The position numbers and the translations under genes are program-made. The notes below the pieces were generated by a model. That model was not told the origin of the DNA. It saw only the letters and a list, made by a program, of their open reading frames with translations, and ran no database searches. A DNA stretch of 63,999 nt, filler included, from Circinaria calcarea (lineage: Eukaryota): the NCBI GenBank assembly GCA_051942165.1. It is 8 parts of 8 records of this genome, joined end to end, with 100 filler letters (N's around TTAATTAATTAA, not from the genome) between each part and the next. Parts side by side here need not be neighbours in the genome. Positions count along the whole stretch, not along the records: positions 40,305 to 48,248 come from JAVECS010001207.1; positions 48,349 to 56,290 come from JAVECS010001208.1; positions 56,391 to 63,999 come from JAVECS010001282.1; 5 more parts are not named here. The stretch is one strand, 5' to 3'. How positions within the stretch are numbered: the first letter of the stretch is position 1; each line of letters starts with the position of its first letter. This document shows, piece by piece, positions 47,356 to 59,778 of the stretch.

Positions 47356-48243
47356 ATGTCCGCTTCCGGCACCGTAGCGTCGATTAACCGAGACTCTCTG
47401 GACACTGACATGTTGGTGTTTACCGAGCCAGACGCGTCCAGCCTTTCAAGCACCATAGTATCAACCCAGTCAGACCCCAGCGTCGATACCATCATGGTAT
47501 CAATCAACGAAGACCCCATTACCCCTAACGCCATGGCGTCTGCCCATCAAGACCTCATCGTCTCTGATACCGTGATGTCGGATGCCGACCAAGAGGCGTC
47601 CAGCTCCACCATCGTGGCCCCTACTACCTCTGTCTGCCGCCCTCTGACTCTCACTACCATCCCCATGGAAATCCGCTTGCAAATCTACGCGAAGCTCCTC
47701 CCCTCCGGAAAACTCTACTATCTCCATCCGCTCGCCAAACACCCACGCAAACGCAACGCCGCCGGCGAGCCCATCCAGCTGCCCCACATCCGCCCAGAGG
47801 CCCTCACGACGCTCTCTCTTGTCTGCAAGACCTTCCGAGACGAAGTCCCGCGCGCTTTCCTGGCCCAAAACGCCTTTTCCTTCAACTACAAGTCGGCCAA
47901 GGGCCTGATGCTCCTGCAAGCCTACGACCAGTTCGGCTACCTGAAGAGCGTGCGCGCCACGGTCAATTTCAGCGCGGGTAACGCGACCGAGGCGACCGGG
48001 GCGATGGCGGCATATGTGCGTCTGCTGGCGCAGGGTTTGGGCAAAATGCAGGCACTGGAAGAGGTGTGCTTTCGCGTGCATGGCGGGATTGTGCCAGGGG
48101 GCAATGCCCAGCTGGATGCGATTGTGAACGCGATGAAGGGGTTGAAAGTACTAACGAGTAGGGAGGGGTTGGGGGTGAAGGTGGATCTTGCGAGGGGCCA
48201 CGAGGAGACGCGCGACTGGTTCATGCGGTGTTTGGGCTTGTAG
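47356..48243 (+). CDS. Hypothetical protein with an F-box-like motif
   Basis: An acidic Ser/Thr N-terminus is followed by LTTIPMEIRLQIYAKLL and LSLVCKTFRDE...F...N.F.F, typical of fungal F-box-like orphans. Confidence 0.6.
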   Translation: MSASGTVASINRDSLDTDMLVFTEPDASSLSSTIVSTQSDPSVDTIMVSINEDPITPNAMASAHQDLIVSDTVMSDADQEASSSTIVAPTTSVCRPLTLTTIPMEIRLQIYAKLLPSGKLYYLHPLAKHPRKRNAAGEPIQLPHIRPEALTTLSLVCKTFRDEVPRAFLAQNAFSFNYKSAKGLMLLQAYDQFGYLKSVRATVNFSAGNATEATGAMAAYVRLLAQGLGKMQALEEVCFRVHGGIVPGGNAQLDAIVNAMKGLKVLTSREGLGVKVDLARGHEETRDWFMRCLGL

Positions 48244-48248
48244 GGGGG

Positions 48249-48348
48249 NNNNNNNNNNNNNNNNNNNNNNNNNNNNNNNNNNNNNNNNNNNNTTAATTAA
48301 TTAANNNNNNNNNNNNNNNNNNNNNNNNNNNNNNNNNNNNNNNNNNNN
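48249..48348. other. Artificial contig-joining linker
   Basis: Same 100-nt spacer. Confidence 0.98.
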
Positions 48349-48966
48349 GGGGAAAGAAAGGGGGGCCAGGCCAAAGCAGAGGAAGGAGTAATAAAGGGGG
48401 AAGGGGGAAGGGGAACTCGTTCATTCATTCATTGTCCTCCAAATAACAAATAAATAAATAACGACGATTTTCTCACCAGAGGCGGCCAGCGGCCTGCAAG
48501 TGCAGTGAAAAGGCGCAATGGGGTGAACGGTGAACGGTGAACAGGAGGTTATGTGTGGCTTGTAAGAGGGTAGGGTAAGTGAGTTCTTCGAAGCAGGGTA
48601 CCATAAGGGTAGAGGGGGAGGGTCAAGGTGGCGTCAAGGTGAGGAAGGGAAAGTTGAGAGTCCGGATAGCGGCGGCTTTCCTTTTTCCACATGACCCGGA
48701 AGAAAAAGAGTCAAGGGGTGTCCGAGTCGGGTGCTGTGGACGATTGTGGAACGAGGGAGAATAGAATATCGTGATCAAGAAATCTCAATTCATATCTTTG
48801 CAGGGTATAGCCAAGCGCATATTGTAATCTAGTTGTATTGCCTAGCCTAAGATTGCGACAGATAATCACAAGATATCCAAAACGAACGTCCGAAAGCCCG
48901 ACTTCCGTGTGCCAATGCCCATTCTCCGCCTCACTGACACTCCCAAGGAAAACCTCCCCCTCCCTT

Positions 48967-50979
48967 CTATCCCGTCTTAAAGGTCTGCTTCTCGGTGCTA
49001 AACTGATCCTCCTGATGCCTCACTTCCAACCCGTTCCCCTCGATACTTCTCCTCATGACCCCGGTCTTGGGTAGTCCCGTCTCCGGATCCACGACCGAGT
49101 GACCACGCTGTGCGGCTTGCACCAAGTCCGGGTTCTGTTCCTTGAGGATGGCAAAGTTCCTTTCGGCTTCCCAGTTCCAGATGGAATCGGACGCGAAGAG
49201 GAGATTCATTTCCTCGAGGGTGCGCTGGTTGGATTCCGGATAGAGGGCCCAAACCATAGGGAGAGTTATGGCGTTACAGGCGGCGAAAATGTAAAGGGTC
49301 TTTTCGTTGATAGCTTCGAACATAACGGGGCAGAGGAGACCCTGGTCAGCTGTTAGTATGAATGTCTTATGTGGTTATATGATCTCAGAATTCGCACCAG
49401 CCACGCGTTACCAATGGACCATCCAACAACACCCCATGCGTTACCCTTGGCACGGACTTCCAAGGGGAAGATCTCGGCAGGATACAGCCATGGCACGGTA
49501 AGCCAGGTAGCGCCGAAGATGAATGTGAAGATGTAGACCATCGCCACGGCAGCGGCACCGTATTGATCGGCTTTGCCAGTGTTGCCGCCGTCTCTAGCGT
49601 CTATGCCGAGGCGAGAGAAACCACCGGCCAGGAACAAGACGATACCTTGGCCAATAGAACCCCAGTAAAGCGTATACCGGCGACCGATACGATCGAGGGT
49701 GAAGACACAGATAAGGGTGGAGAACTAGGGTCATGTTAGTTATTGGCCGTCGATCGAATTGCGTCGATAGAGTATACCATGTAGAAAATATTGTTCAGAC
49801 CGGAGATCCATTGAGATTTCTTCGCAGTGATTCCAGCAATCTCAAAGATTCTTGGCCCGTAAATGGTTACGCCTGCAATACCAATCCACTCTTGCATGAT
49901 CTGCAGCCAAACGACGAGCTGAACGCGGCGTCCGGTATGAAGTTTCCCTGAGCCGATGCCGAAAAGCATATGAAAGTAGGATTGACGTTTAGCAGTCTTG
50001 CGCTCAAGTTCGGCGATATTACGGATGTCCTGGAATTCAGCCTCGGCTCTGCCTGCATCTGCGCCGGTCTCACCACGGAGGCGCCCAAGGATATAACGGC
50101 TTTCTTCTTCTCGGCCGACCTTTACCAGCCATCGAGGGGATTCTGGGAAGTACCATACGATTGCAAGAAGAAAGAGAAGAGGGACGATCTGGAAGGCAAT
50201 TGGGAACCGCCAAACAAACTCCGAACGAGAAGGACCCCCGTCTGCGGGCGCTCCGTAAAACGAACACCCGCTGAAGACAACGTTAGACAACCTTCGACAC
50301 GACGGACCACGGAATCCGAATCGACTTACTATTCAAGCCAGTAGGCCACAACAACACCGAAGATGTTGAGGGTGAACTCTATAGCAATAAATTGGCCACG
50401 AGAGGTATGCTCAGCAGTCTCGGTTGCCCAGACAGGAACAACAGCGTTTAGGATACCAGTTCCCCAACCGTTGACCAGGCGAGCTGTCTCAATCAGCAAG
50501 GCATGACAGGAAGGCATTGGGTTGTGTCTTACAGCAGATCATCCAGGTGGAATTTTGTGCAGAGGTTTGCAGTGTAGCACCGATGATTGCCCAGACAGTA
50601 CCAAGAGCAATGGTCTTGATACGGCCATATCTATCAGCGAAAGAGCCGCCGATGAGACAGCCAATAAGAGTCCCGAGATAATAGACGGAAACCTGGGAAG
50701 GAAAGAGTCAGCCGAGAATTTCTCCCCATCATGTTTTGCGTTGCTTACGATGCCACCCTGGAGGAGGGATCTCTCGATGAAGGGTTTTTTATTGACTTCA
50801 TCGTAGTAGCCAAATTTCATCGTGTCCTCGTAGTAGTTACGAGCTCCATTGACACCACCCATCATCCCCTGATCGTAACCGAAGAAGAAGATGGCCAGAC
50901 CGGCCACGCAGTTGATGGCAATGAGAAGCTTCCGCTTCTCCAGCTTGTGCACCACATTGAATCTCGAGATTTTATCCAT
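48967..50979 (-). CDS. MFS sugar porter (STL1-like), multi-exon
   Basis: Motifs FFFGYDQGMMGG, DRYGR, WRFPIAFQ, PESPRWL, LDRIGRR, WLYPAEIFPLEVRAKG and YPESNQRTLEEM. Confidence 0.95.
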
Positions 50980-53900
50980 GCTGACGGAGCCCGAGTGCTC
51001 GCGGGATCGAATATCAGATTAGAATGGAATGAAGTAGAAGGAGGCCTCCTCGCAACCAGGGGAAGAGGTAAAAAGGAGAGGGCAGATGGGGAGAAAGGCT
51101 TCCCTCCAACCGGCAACGGGCTGGACCTTATATAAAGCTGATAATACTCTCTCCCAACAGAGCATAGATCCGATCCGTGTCGATCCCTGTCCTTCCACTA
51201 CCGTGCCCCTACAGCTGCAGAGGGAGACTCGAATGGGTCCATCCAGGTGGCAGGACAGAATAGGCGAGGCGGTTCGGCCAGGGTGGAGGAAGCGCGAAGG
51301 AAGCTCAGACGGACGGCGATTGGCCGGGCAAGGAGGATGAGTACAGTGGTCGGCAGGAACAGCGCACCCATCATCCTGGCGGTTTGTCAATGATGCGCAG
51401 GCGCGAAGAGGGCCCCGCATTCGCATTCGCCCTCAACCTCGTCCTCGTCGTCGTCCTCGCCCGCATGGGTCTAAGAAGATGGAAGAGGATGGAGCTTCCC
51501 TGTTCGTGGAGTCGCATAGATACCTCGAGCGTCTCAATTTGATATCTCTCTCTGCCTCCCCCGGTGTCTCGGCATTGACAGAGGCAACGCGGCTTAGTGA
51601 GGACGTGAAGGAACTTCCTATATCCCGTGGTCCGTTGAAGCTATAAGCGCTGGACGCTGAGTCGTTGGGAAGGCGTTCAGCTACACCTGGTCCGGTTTAG
51701 TCGTCAGCCCTTGTGGAGTAGTCAATCGCCTTACCCCACTCCCCCTTCTCCCTTCTCCACTACCGACCGAAAGGAAAGAGAAAACGGACGGGGATCCACA
51801 GCGGAAAAGCTTCTGGAAGTCTGCATAGAAGGATGACCAGCGATTCCGCTAGCGATTACGGAGTACCCCAGGCCGGCAGCAACGACGGTTCTCTTGTCGA
51901 TCTCCAGTGCCCCGGTCGTCGCGCAACGTATCAGGGCCACTGATCCCCCCACACCACATCCTCCATCCCATAAGCTTAAAGGGACGATCTCACCTTTGAC
52001 GACATTTTCTCAACCGACTATTGTCGGGATTGGTCAATGGAACGGCCTCTAGAAGGCTTCTCGAAGGTCACGTTCGGCTCTGGTGGTGGAGCTGAGGTGC
52101 CAGCCCCCCAAAGGGCCTCTTCGACTCCACGACTGGCTCTGGCGGTCTCCTGCTGATGCATCTCATCATTCATCGCCAGTTCTTGGATGTCAAAGGATCT
52201 CCTCTGGACGCCGTAGCAGTGCCAGAGCGTGTCCCGGACTCGGTGGCGGGAAGCCGCCTGACTGATTGGGCTGGTTCGATTACGTCCCCATTCTCCTTGC
52301 ATTCGACGTCCTCTCTCTTTGCCTCTCCCCTCCCTCACAAGAGATCCACACAATTGTCGAGGTTGAAATTAGGTGGCCGCAATAGCGCTTCAGCTGCAGG
52401 CCCTCTCGTTATCCAAGCAGTCGCCGCCATCGCATATCGCGCAGCATGTAAGATGATGCCACTTGCCAGGATGACGGCAGTCGCGTTGCATGATTTGTAA
52501 TGTCCGAAAGGTTAGAACTCGCGCTGGAATTGGATCCGGCATCCCCTTTGGACGAAGCTTTCGACACTGTCAAAGAGCGCGTTGCTGAGCAAAAGATTCA
52601 TCTCCAAACCTTAATGGCCATCCTGGAACGTTCCGTCCAGCAGCCTTAGTTTCATCGCCGGTTTGGGCTGAGTCACGGAAAACGGGAAACAGCATCGATA
52701 GGCGCCCTTGTTCTATCACCTTCATGCGGTCGAATGGTTTCCCTCGAAGCCAACAAACTATGGAAACGGCATAGAATCGATGCAGCAGGAATTTGCCTAC
52801 TGGAGCCTGGCCATGTGATGATGGAACACACTCTACTCAGCCATCACTCGTCTAGGCTCTCGTGCGCATATCTCGCTTCCGAAGTGGTGGGTAGGGCTTT
52901 TCCTCCGTGTCGTGCTTTGTCTTCAGTCCTGCCCTATGTTCAGCATGGAGAAAAAATCCGGTCTCCCTACGGTAACGTATCTCATATAGGACATATATAT
53001 GAACCATACCTACAGTACAGGATGTTACAAATTGCCCATTTTGCAAGATGGTTGGCAATGATCGTTGGAAGTCTCAGGCTGTACCGAGTACAGCGGATGC
53101 GAATGTAACCCTACACTTGTCTTGCAGCTTCCAAGTCGACGCTGTTACTGGTCATTCTTGGCTCTTATCTCTAACCGGTCCTCTCTATCTCCGGATCAGT
53201 ATCTACACCATCTACTCAAACCCACAGCTCGGACGCGATTTGTGAGGAACATAGTCTCAGGAAAATAGTAGTAATCGGGATTTACAGGGGTTCTCTGGAG
53301 CCTTCCGACTCAGCTTTGCTCCTTTTTTGACCGAGCTGCATCAAGTTGACAGATCCAAGCTCCTAGGTTCCAGCTGAAAACTTGAGTGCATGGACGCACT
53401 TTTCGAGCACCATCGTTTCCTAAGTAGATGGTAGGTCTATTTATGGTTAACTGGGTGTGCATTCAACCCTTCCAGCTTGGCACATTGATTGTGTCTTCTT
53501 CTGGGCTTTAACCGTGAATCCGGACTCTAGAATTTGCAACGCCCTCGTCTTGAACTGCTTGCTGACATTAGAAGCTGGCCAGTTAGTCTACTCCCTTGTC
53601 GCCCGATTTTTCCTTACTTGTTAGGCAAAGTCCAATCCAAACAGGCGTAAGATGTCAGCGAGAACTTGATGATCACGGCGCAGTTAAGATTTAAAGCACT
53701 GCCACTAATACGTATGGTATGCATTATCTTGGCCTTTGCCTCCTTTAGCGACCATGGCTACCTGCAATGAAGACACCTTCCAGCTTCGAGCAAGCCATAT
53801 CTCACTAGCCTTTGGCGGCAGTAGTGGAACAGTATCTTGAGTTCGCCTTACCTCGTATATTCCAATCGAGGGCTAGGGACTTCGTTTATGGGGGTAAACG

Positions 53901-54952
53901 CCGGATATCCACGTGGATGATGGTCCAGAGTGTCGGTAGCTCTCACTAACAGTTCCAGAGTTCTGGCTGCACTACGACGTTGGCAAACTACCCCGATGAA
54001 CAAGCGAAGATAGGCAGGAAGAACTAATGTTTGACTGGACCAGCAAAACTGTGCAGCATCGTATGTTCAGGGCCGCGGCACTACCTGCTTCCAAGCGGAT
54101 GCGCTCAAAATTGTCTTGCTCGGCTGAGTGCCGGGGGTGACTCAAGAGCGGTTCATCCCTCTGCTTACCTCCCTTTTCTTATATGATCACGCAGGTAGAT
54201 CATGTTCCGTGTCTGCTTCAGGATGCCGTTCAGATACCTAATGTGGAAGCCAGCCACCGAGGAAGCATGGTGCCGGATTATGGAAGCAATCAAAGCGACA
54301 AACGTGATCCACACTGGACTCCCGGCGTGACGGAACCTCCTTACCCAAACACAAAGTTCCAAAGATCAACAGCCAAGCCTATGTTACTCTCCCGCTTCTA
54401 CTTGTCCGCCTTTTTGTCAGTTGGGTAATGACAAATATCAGAAGAAGCGGATTGTAAGAGGAGCGCTATGCCACTCCATCTGTGCCGTGTTGAGTAGTTC
54501 TTCCGTCTGGAGGCTGGTTCTAGGTAGAGCGGTGTAAGTGTCACCGCTTCTCCTCATTCTTTTTTGACGCGGTCAAGGGTCAGCGACAGGATTTCTTGGA
54601 GATACAATCATAGGTGTGCAATTGTCGATTATGGATACGGTCATGACGCAGTCTTGACTAAATGGCTATCTGTTTACTAAACCTAGCTGTTAAACAGACC
54701 CAGATCCTTTCGAAGCTCTTTCCAAACGATCTAGTCAGACTCATGCAAACTGCTGTGCAACACTTCAATCGGCTGGCTCCGACTTTTTCTCTCAACTCAA
54801 GATCTAGCCTTTGAAAACTGACAAACACCGAGTACGAAGCAGTCAGATCAATCCAAGACTTTCGTATTGACCACTCACATTACCTCGTCTTCAACATATT
54901 CCAATTACCGTGCGCAACTAGGTGCATATATGTCCTCGACCATCCATATTAG

Positions 54953-55468
54953 ATGAAGATTACAACTTTCCAAATCAGTCTCGCCCTCTTTCTCCTTATC
55001 CCATGTCTCCTTGCTGCCCCCACCACTCTAAACCCCCACTTCCCACCTAACCTCCTCTCACCTCGCAACGTTCTCCACTGCTTCCACGACAGCACCGACT
55101 CCCGCTTCGCCACCCTGGTCGCCTCCGACTGCACCAAAGCCGCCCGCAAGATCCTCTGCGGCCGCGACATTGTCCGACAAATGCCCTTTTCCTCCCGCCA
55201 CGGCGTCCGCGTTCCCCGCGATTGGCGGCACGGCAGCTGTATGATCGCCATCGACATCATGGACGAGGATGATCCTACGGAAATGGCATCGCTGGGCGAA
55301 GTCTTTAACCGGGCGATGCAGCTGATCAGTGAATGCGTGTTGCATTCGCGGTGGAAGTATGGCGGTAGGACGACGGTCGGCCGGCATGATCTGTTGCATC
55401 TGGCTGTTTCGGGCACGTTTGGAGAAAGTAGTCGATCGAGGGATCCGGCGAGGTGTTTGGCGCCGTGA
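54953..55468 (+). CDS. Secreted Cys-containing effector-like protein (KP4/Ecp2-like pattern)
   Basis: Signal peptide, pro-region ending LSPR, and the pattern C...DC..A...I...P..W..GSC.I.ID...A..LI..CV....GG...VG. Confidence 0.75.
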   Translation: MKITTFQISLALFLLIPCLLAAPTTLNPHFPPNLLSPRNVLHCFHDSTDSRFATLVASDCTKAARKILCGRDIVRQMPFSSRHGVRVPRDWRHGSCMIAIDIMDEDDPTEMASLGEVFNRAMQLISECVLHSRWKYGGRTTVGRHDLLHLAVSGTFGESSRSRDPARCLAP

Positions 55469-56290
55469 TGAATGAGCAGGTGGACATATTGTTGGGTGGG
55501 GGGGAAAAGTGGAGATGAGAGCGGTGTCAATGCTTTTTGCTAGTAGTAATGCAATTTTTGGGGGGGAGGAGGGGGTTTGCAGAGATGTAAATTTTATAAC
55601 TTCAAAAAAGGCAATCAATCATAGTTAGTTATAAGCACGCAATTTGCTAAGCCGTCTGTCTTCTTTGTATCCCGATTTAATTCACCGCCACCCATTCCTC
55701 CCCTCCTCAAACTCAAAACTCGACCTCACCCCCATCCATCCACATCCACATCTCCCCCTCCTTTTATCCATTTCTTTGCTTTCCTTTCCTAAAAAACCCA
55801 AACCCAAACCCACCTAAAATCCCTAATCCCTAATTCCTATTCAGATATTCCTATTCATATTCCTATTCAGATATTTAAATAAATCTCGCCAAACCACCAA
55901 TACCGTACCGTTACCATACCCGTACCCTTAACTTCCCTAATCCTAATCCCTAATCTCGTAGTCTCGTAGTCTCGTAGTAGTAAGTACGCGCTCCGCCCGG
56001 AGGAGTCGGGGGAGTCGGGGAGCGGGAGATGTTGCGAATGCGAATATCGGAGAGAGAGAGATGGACTGGAAGGGGGTGGCGGAATCAGAGTTATTCAAGA
56101 GGAGACGAAGAAGAGAAGAGACGAAGAACGAAGAAGAGAGGAGAGGAGAACGAAGACGGGGGATTTTGGATATTAAGAAAGAAAATCGGGGAATTGGGGA
56201 ATGCTTTTTTTTTTGGAAAAAAAAATGGTGGAGGTGGAGGTGGTTGGAGTAAGGAGTAAGGAGTAAGGAAAGAACGGCGGGGAAGGGGGG

Positions 56291-56390
56291 NNNNNNNNNN
56301 NNNNNNNNNNNNNNNNNNNNNNNNNNNNNNNNNNTTAATTAATTAANNNNNNNNNNNNNNNNNNNNNNNNNNNNNNNNNNNNNNNNNNNN
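56291..56390. other. Artificial contig-joining linker
   Basis: Same 100-nt spacer. Confidence 0.98.
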
Positions 56391-56764
56391 CCCAATTCCA
56401 GGTAGCGTCGATATATGTCTTGGGGGACAAGGAATCGCAACTCACATTCTGCCTCGTCTAGCTCATCTTCCATCATCTCAAATACCGCGCTCATGTCCAA
56501 GGCGTGTGCATGTTCGATTTTGAATCGGAGAAACGTGTCCCACGCTGCGTCAATCTGCTCGAGTGCCTTCACCAGGGTAGTTGTCGCTGTTTCTTCTTCG
56601 CAGACGAGACAGATGTGAGGGGCAAACGTTTTGGGTCCCCAATTGGGGAAGCGGCATTCTGTGCAACACCGAGTGGAGGTGGAGGCAACGGTATGCCCAC
56701 AGTAAAGGATGTGATATGTTCCGACGCAGCGGCGGGTGTCGATGTCCGGAGCGAACATGGACAT
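56391..56764 (-). CDS. Hypothetical protein with an N-terminal Cys/His cluster, 3'-truncated
   Basis: MSMFAP...C-x8-CGH-x8-CC-x2-C-x14-C-x2-C, then an acidic helix. The upstream part of the ORF-track entry contains a TATA-like TTATATAA and is probably promoter/UTR. Confidence 0.6.
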
Positions 56765-57369
56765 GTTTGCAAGATAAGGGGGTTGGTGGCTGAATATGGT
56801 GGATGAGTTAGCAAGCAGGGGGTTAGCTCGACTGTCACGACTTGTTGGGTTGAATTGTCTTGGTGTAGGGCTTCTTGAAGTGATGTTATATAAAGTAATG
56901 CTGAAAAGTGTGGAGCTGTCGATCATCAATTTCCAGTAGATAGAGGTATTTATATTCCCAATAACGTCGGATAAGACTCGTGAACAATGCCATTCAATGC
57001 TCTTAATCCTTATTGGTAACAATGCCTTTGTCCAAGCTCACAACAAAGAATCGTTTATCCTCTAGATTGTTCGAGCAGCCCTAGACTGTGTTAAGCGAGA
57101 TACCATTGTTGATCGAATACCTTTGTATCGAACAGTGCTGTACATTAAGATGCCAAGCAAAACTGGAAACACGGAGGACGAAGTAAAAGGATGCTGGAGA
57201 TGACCACACATGAAAAAAGAGTGTTGATGAGAGCTTTAGTGAATGTGCCATTGGCCTTAAACGCAAGGAGAGCCAACCAGTCGTAACCCCATTCATGCCA
57301 CCACAAATGCATCCTATGTTAACATTACAAATAAAATTTATCATTACACTCAAAACGCAATCAAAAAGT

Positions 57370-58802
57370 CTAAACCTCTCTCCTATAGAAAGTTTCAGTA
57401 TCAGATCTTTCATGGATGCAGAAAATGAACTTACCATGTCATACCAGGCCTTTCGACCTTTGGGGTATGGACAGCATTCCTGTCTGCAAAGGGATCATCG
57501 TCGTCTTCCTCTTCGGCATCGGCCTCTTCTTCCTCACTGTCGTCCTCCCCATCCTTGCCATTTGCGGGTGGTATGGCAATGAACCCCGGACGCGGCGGCT
57601 TTTTTGGAGATTTGTCATCCCCAAAACTAAGTCCTGCTAGATGGTTATGCACCTTTCCATGCGTCTTGTCCTTCGAAGTACCCGCAGTGTCATCATTCAC
57701 CTCGTCATCCTCACTGTCGCTGTCATCGTCAACACTTTTGTCGAGGACTTCATACGCGATAAGTGCGGTAACCAGCTCGTCATTGGCATGTATCAAGCTG
57801 CCGAGCCACTGCTCGCTCTCTACGTGCTGAATATAGCGTAAGATCTGGCGACGAAGAGTCTTACAAGTCTCAAAGCGTTTCGCTACTTCTGCATCTTCAC
57901 TGACGCGCTTGTTTTCTCGGTTGATGAGTTTCATGGCGTTCATGAGATTGGTGGTAGCTACCGAGGAGGATGCAAGTGTCTGAAGGAGTTGCGGTTTCTC
58001 TTTTTCCAGGTTGAACGGTTTTGGTGCCTTGGCCTTTATCTTTTTGCCGTGTTTATCGTAGATTCTCTTACCATGCTCATCATATTTCGAGATCCCTTGC
58101 ACTGGGGGCCCAGGGAGAACTGGACCAGCAGATATAGTTACCGGCTTCGAGGAGGAAGAAGATGAGGCCGATGTTGGGGAGGTTAGGGAACGCCCGGATC
58201 CTCCTTGACCAGGGGGCAAGCCACTATGTCCATGCTGTTCCTCTTCCTCTTCAGCTTCGGCGTCCGTTTCTTTGATGACTTTCGAATTCTCTTGTCTTAG
58301 AGGTTTCTTTCGCTGTGGAAGTTGCTTATACAGGGAAGCAATACGTTCCAGACCAGGCGTGGATTTGTATGCGATTGCCCATTGTCTGAAAAGGACCGAA
58401 CACTTCTCCTTGACTTCATTATCTGAAAGAGAATCCGTCGCCGCTACACGTAAACGCTCAAGCAAAGGTTCGTCGGCGAAAGCGCGTTGAAATCGAGATC
58501 CGGCGTTCTGGATCAAGCCATCTAGAATGCTCAAGGCACGAAGCTGTCTATGTACGTCGCCGTATTTCCTGGGTGGTAGAGTCAATAAAATTCCTAGTGA
58601 CAGGGTTCGATCGGCGTATCTACAGCTTTTTGCGGATTGCCCGCGCAGCTTCGGTAGGACCAGTACTTTGCAGTCTGATCACTTCAATCAAGTCCACTAT
58701 ACCACTGGAGTCTTCGACTTCGTATTGCTCGCTTGTTAGACGCTCCACTTGAACAGTGACAGCCGAGTATGGTTTCTGGTGAGAGTGCCAAAAGTTAGAC
58801 AT
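57370..58802 (-). CDS. LSB5: LSB5-like VHS/GAT endocytic adaptor, 3 exons
   Basis: KPYSAVTVQVERLTSEQY...GPTEAARAIRKKL^KYGDVHRQLRAL; GAT motif LRRQILRYIQHVESEQWLGSLIHANDELV.AL; DPFAD motif; last micro-exon W^REV*. Confidence 0.9.
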
Positions 58803-59778
58803 ATTGCAGCTTGTGTCTTGCACAAGGAGAAGAGTAGAAGTCAGAAATAAACCTCCGAGAGAAGTCTGCCAAAAGGGCGAATAGCATGCAGGTATGGTTG
58901 AGATTCATGTAACGTCCTCCACTGATGAATGCTCGCCTAATGTGTCATATGGCCAAGCATAAAATGAAGATGACCAAGGAGTAGGACAAGGATGATGGCA
59001 CAATCAAGCAACCGCCCAAAATCAACCGCCAGTGATGATTGCAGCATCAACACCTGGATGTCTTTTACAGTTCCTTGCAACGCCATCATAACAGGTAGAT
59101 ATTTTGTACTTACAGACGAGCCTGAAAACATGATGCCGTTGTAGTCGAGCCCTAAGCTATTATTCGAGGAGCTATTGAACGAACTCGGCCGGCCTCTAAT
59201 AGTAAGACACAATGAGAGCTCCAGAAGATACTTGTAAGTACACTCATCCACCTGACGATGCTAATCTGCTCTCTTCTAGGCTCCAATCACGGAGCTTAGC
59301 GACGAGGGCTCAGCCTCAGGAGTGACGACCGTCAACGAAACAACCACTGCGGTTCAGAACAATCTTTGTGGTAGCCCAGTTTCTGGAATCGCAATACAGT
59401 CTCTGGCTATGTGTAGGAACTGGAAAGGGATGGAGATAACGAACAAAGTCCTTTGACTGGGCTGAAGGTCGGATGCGGGCTAGTGGGGTATTCTATATGG
59501 TATAGGTAGAAGAAATTGCCGAAGGGTCAGAGCAGGAGGTGACCACGTGACGTCTCATCTGCTCTCCATCACGAATTTAACCAAGTCGAAGCTATCGAGC
59601 CTGGAAACCGTAGGAGATGAGATGATATCCGCTCGGTGAAGGCTTAGGCTTGGCACAAGAATGTAGCACAGCGCATATGGCTCTCTAGTTTTACAGGGGA
59701 TGGGATCTCGAATCTTTTGCGAATGACCATGCCTGCCGGGGGAGTGTCACACGAGCATGAGTAAGGTCGTCAGGAATT

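Noticed and set aside
53710..54430. Possible decayed secreted-protein gene upstream of the KP4-like gene
   Set aside because: Only short fragments with stops (for example MHYLGLCLL* and CAASYVQGRGTTCFQ); no consistent model or family can be supported.
55815..55955. CCCTAAT repeats resembling telomeric CCCTAA
   Set aside because: 7-nt period, only 2-3 units, and embedded among other simple repeats near a low-complexity contig end.
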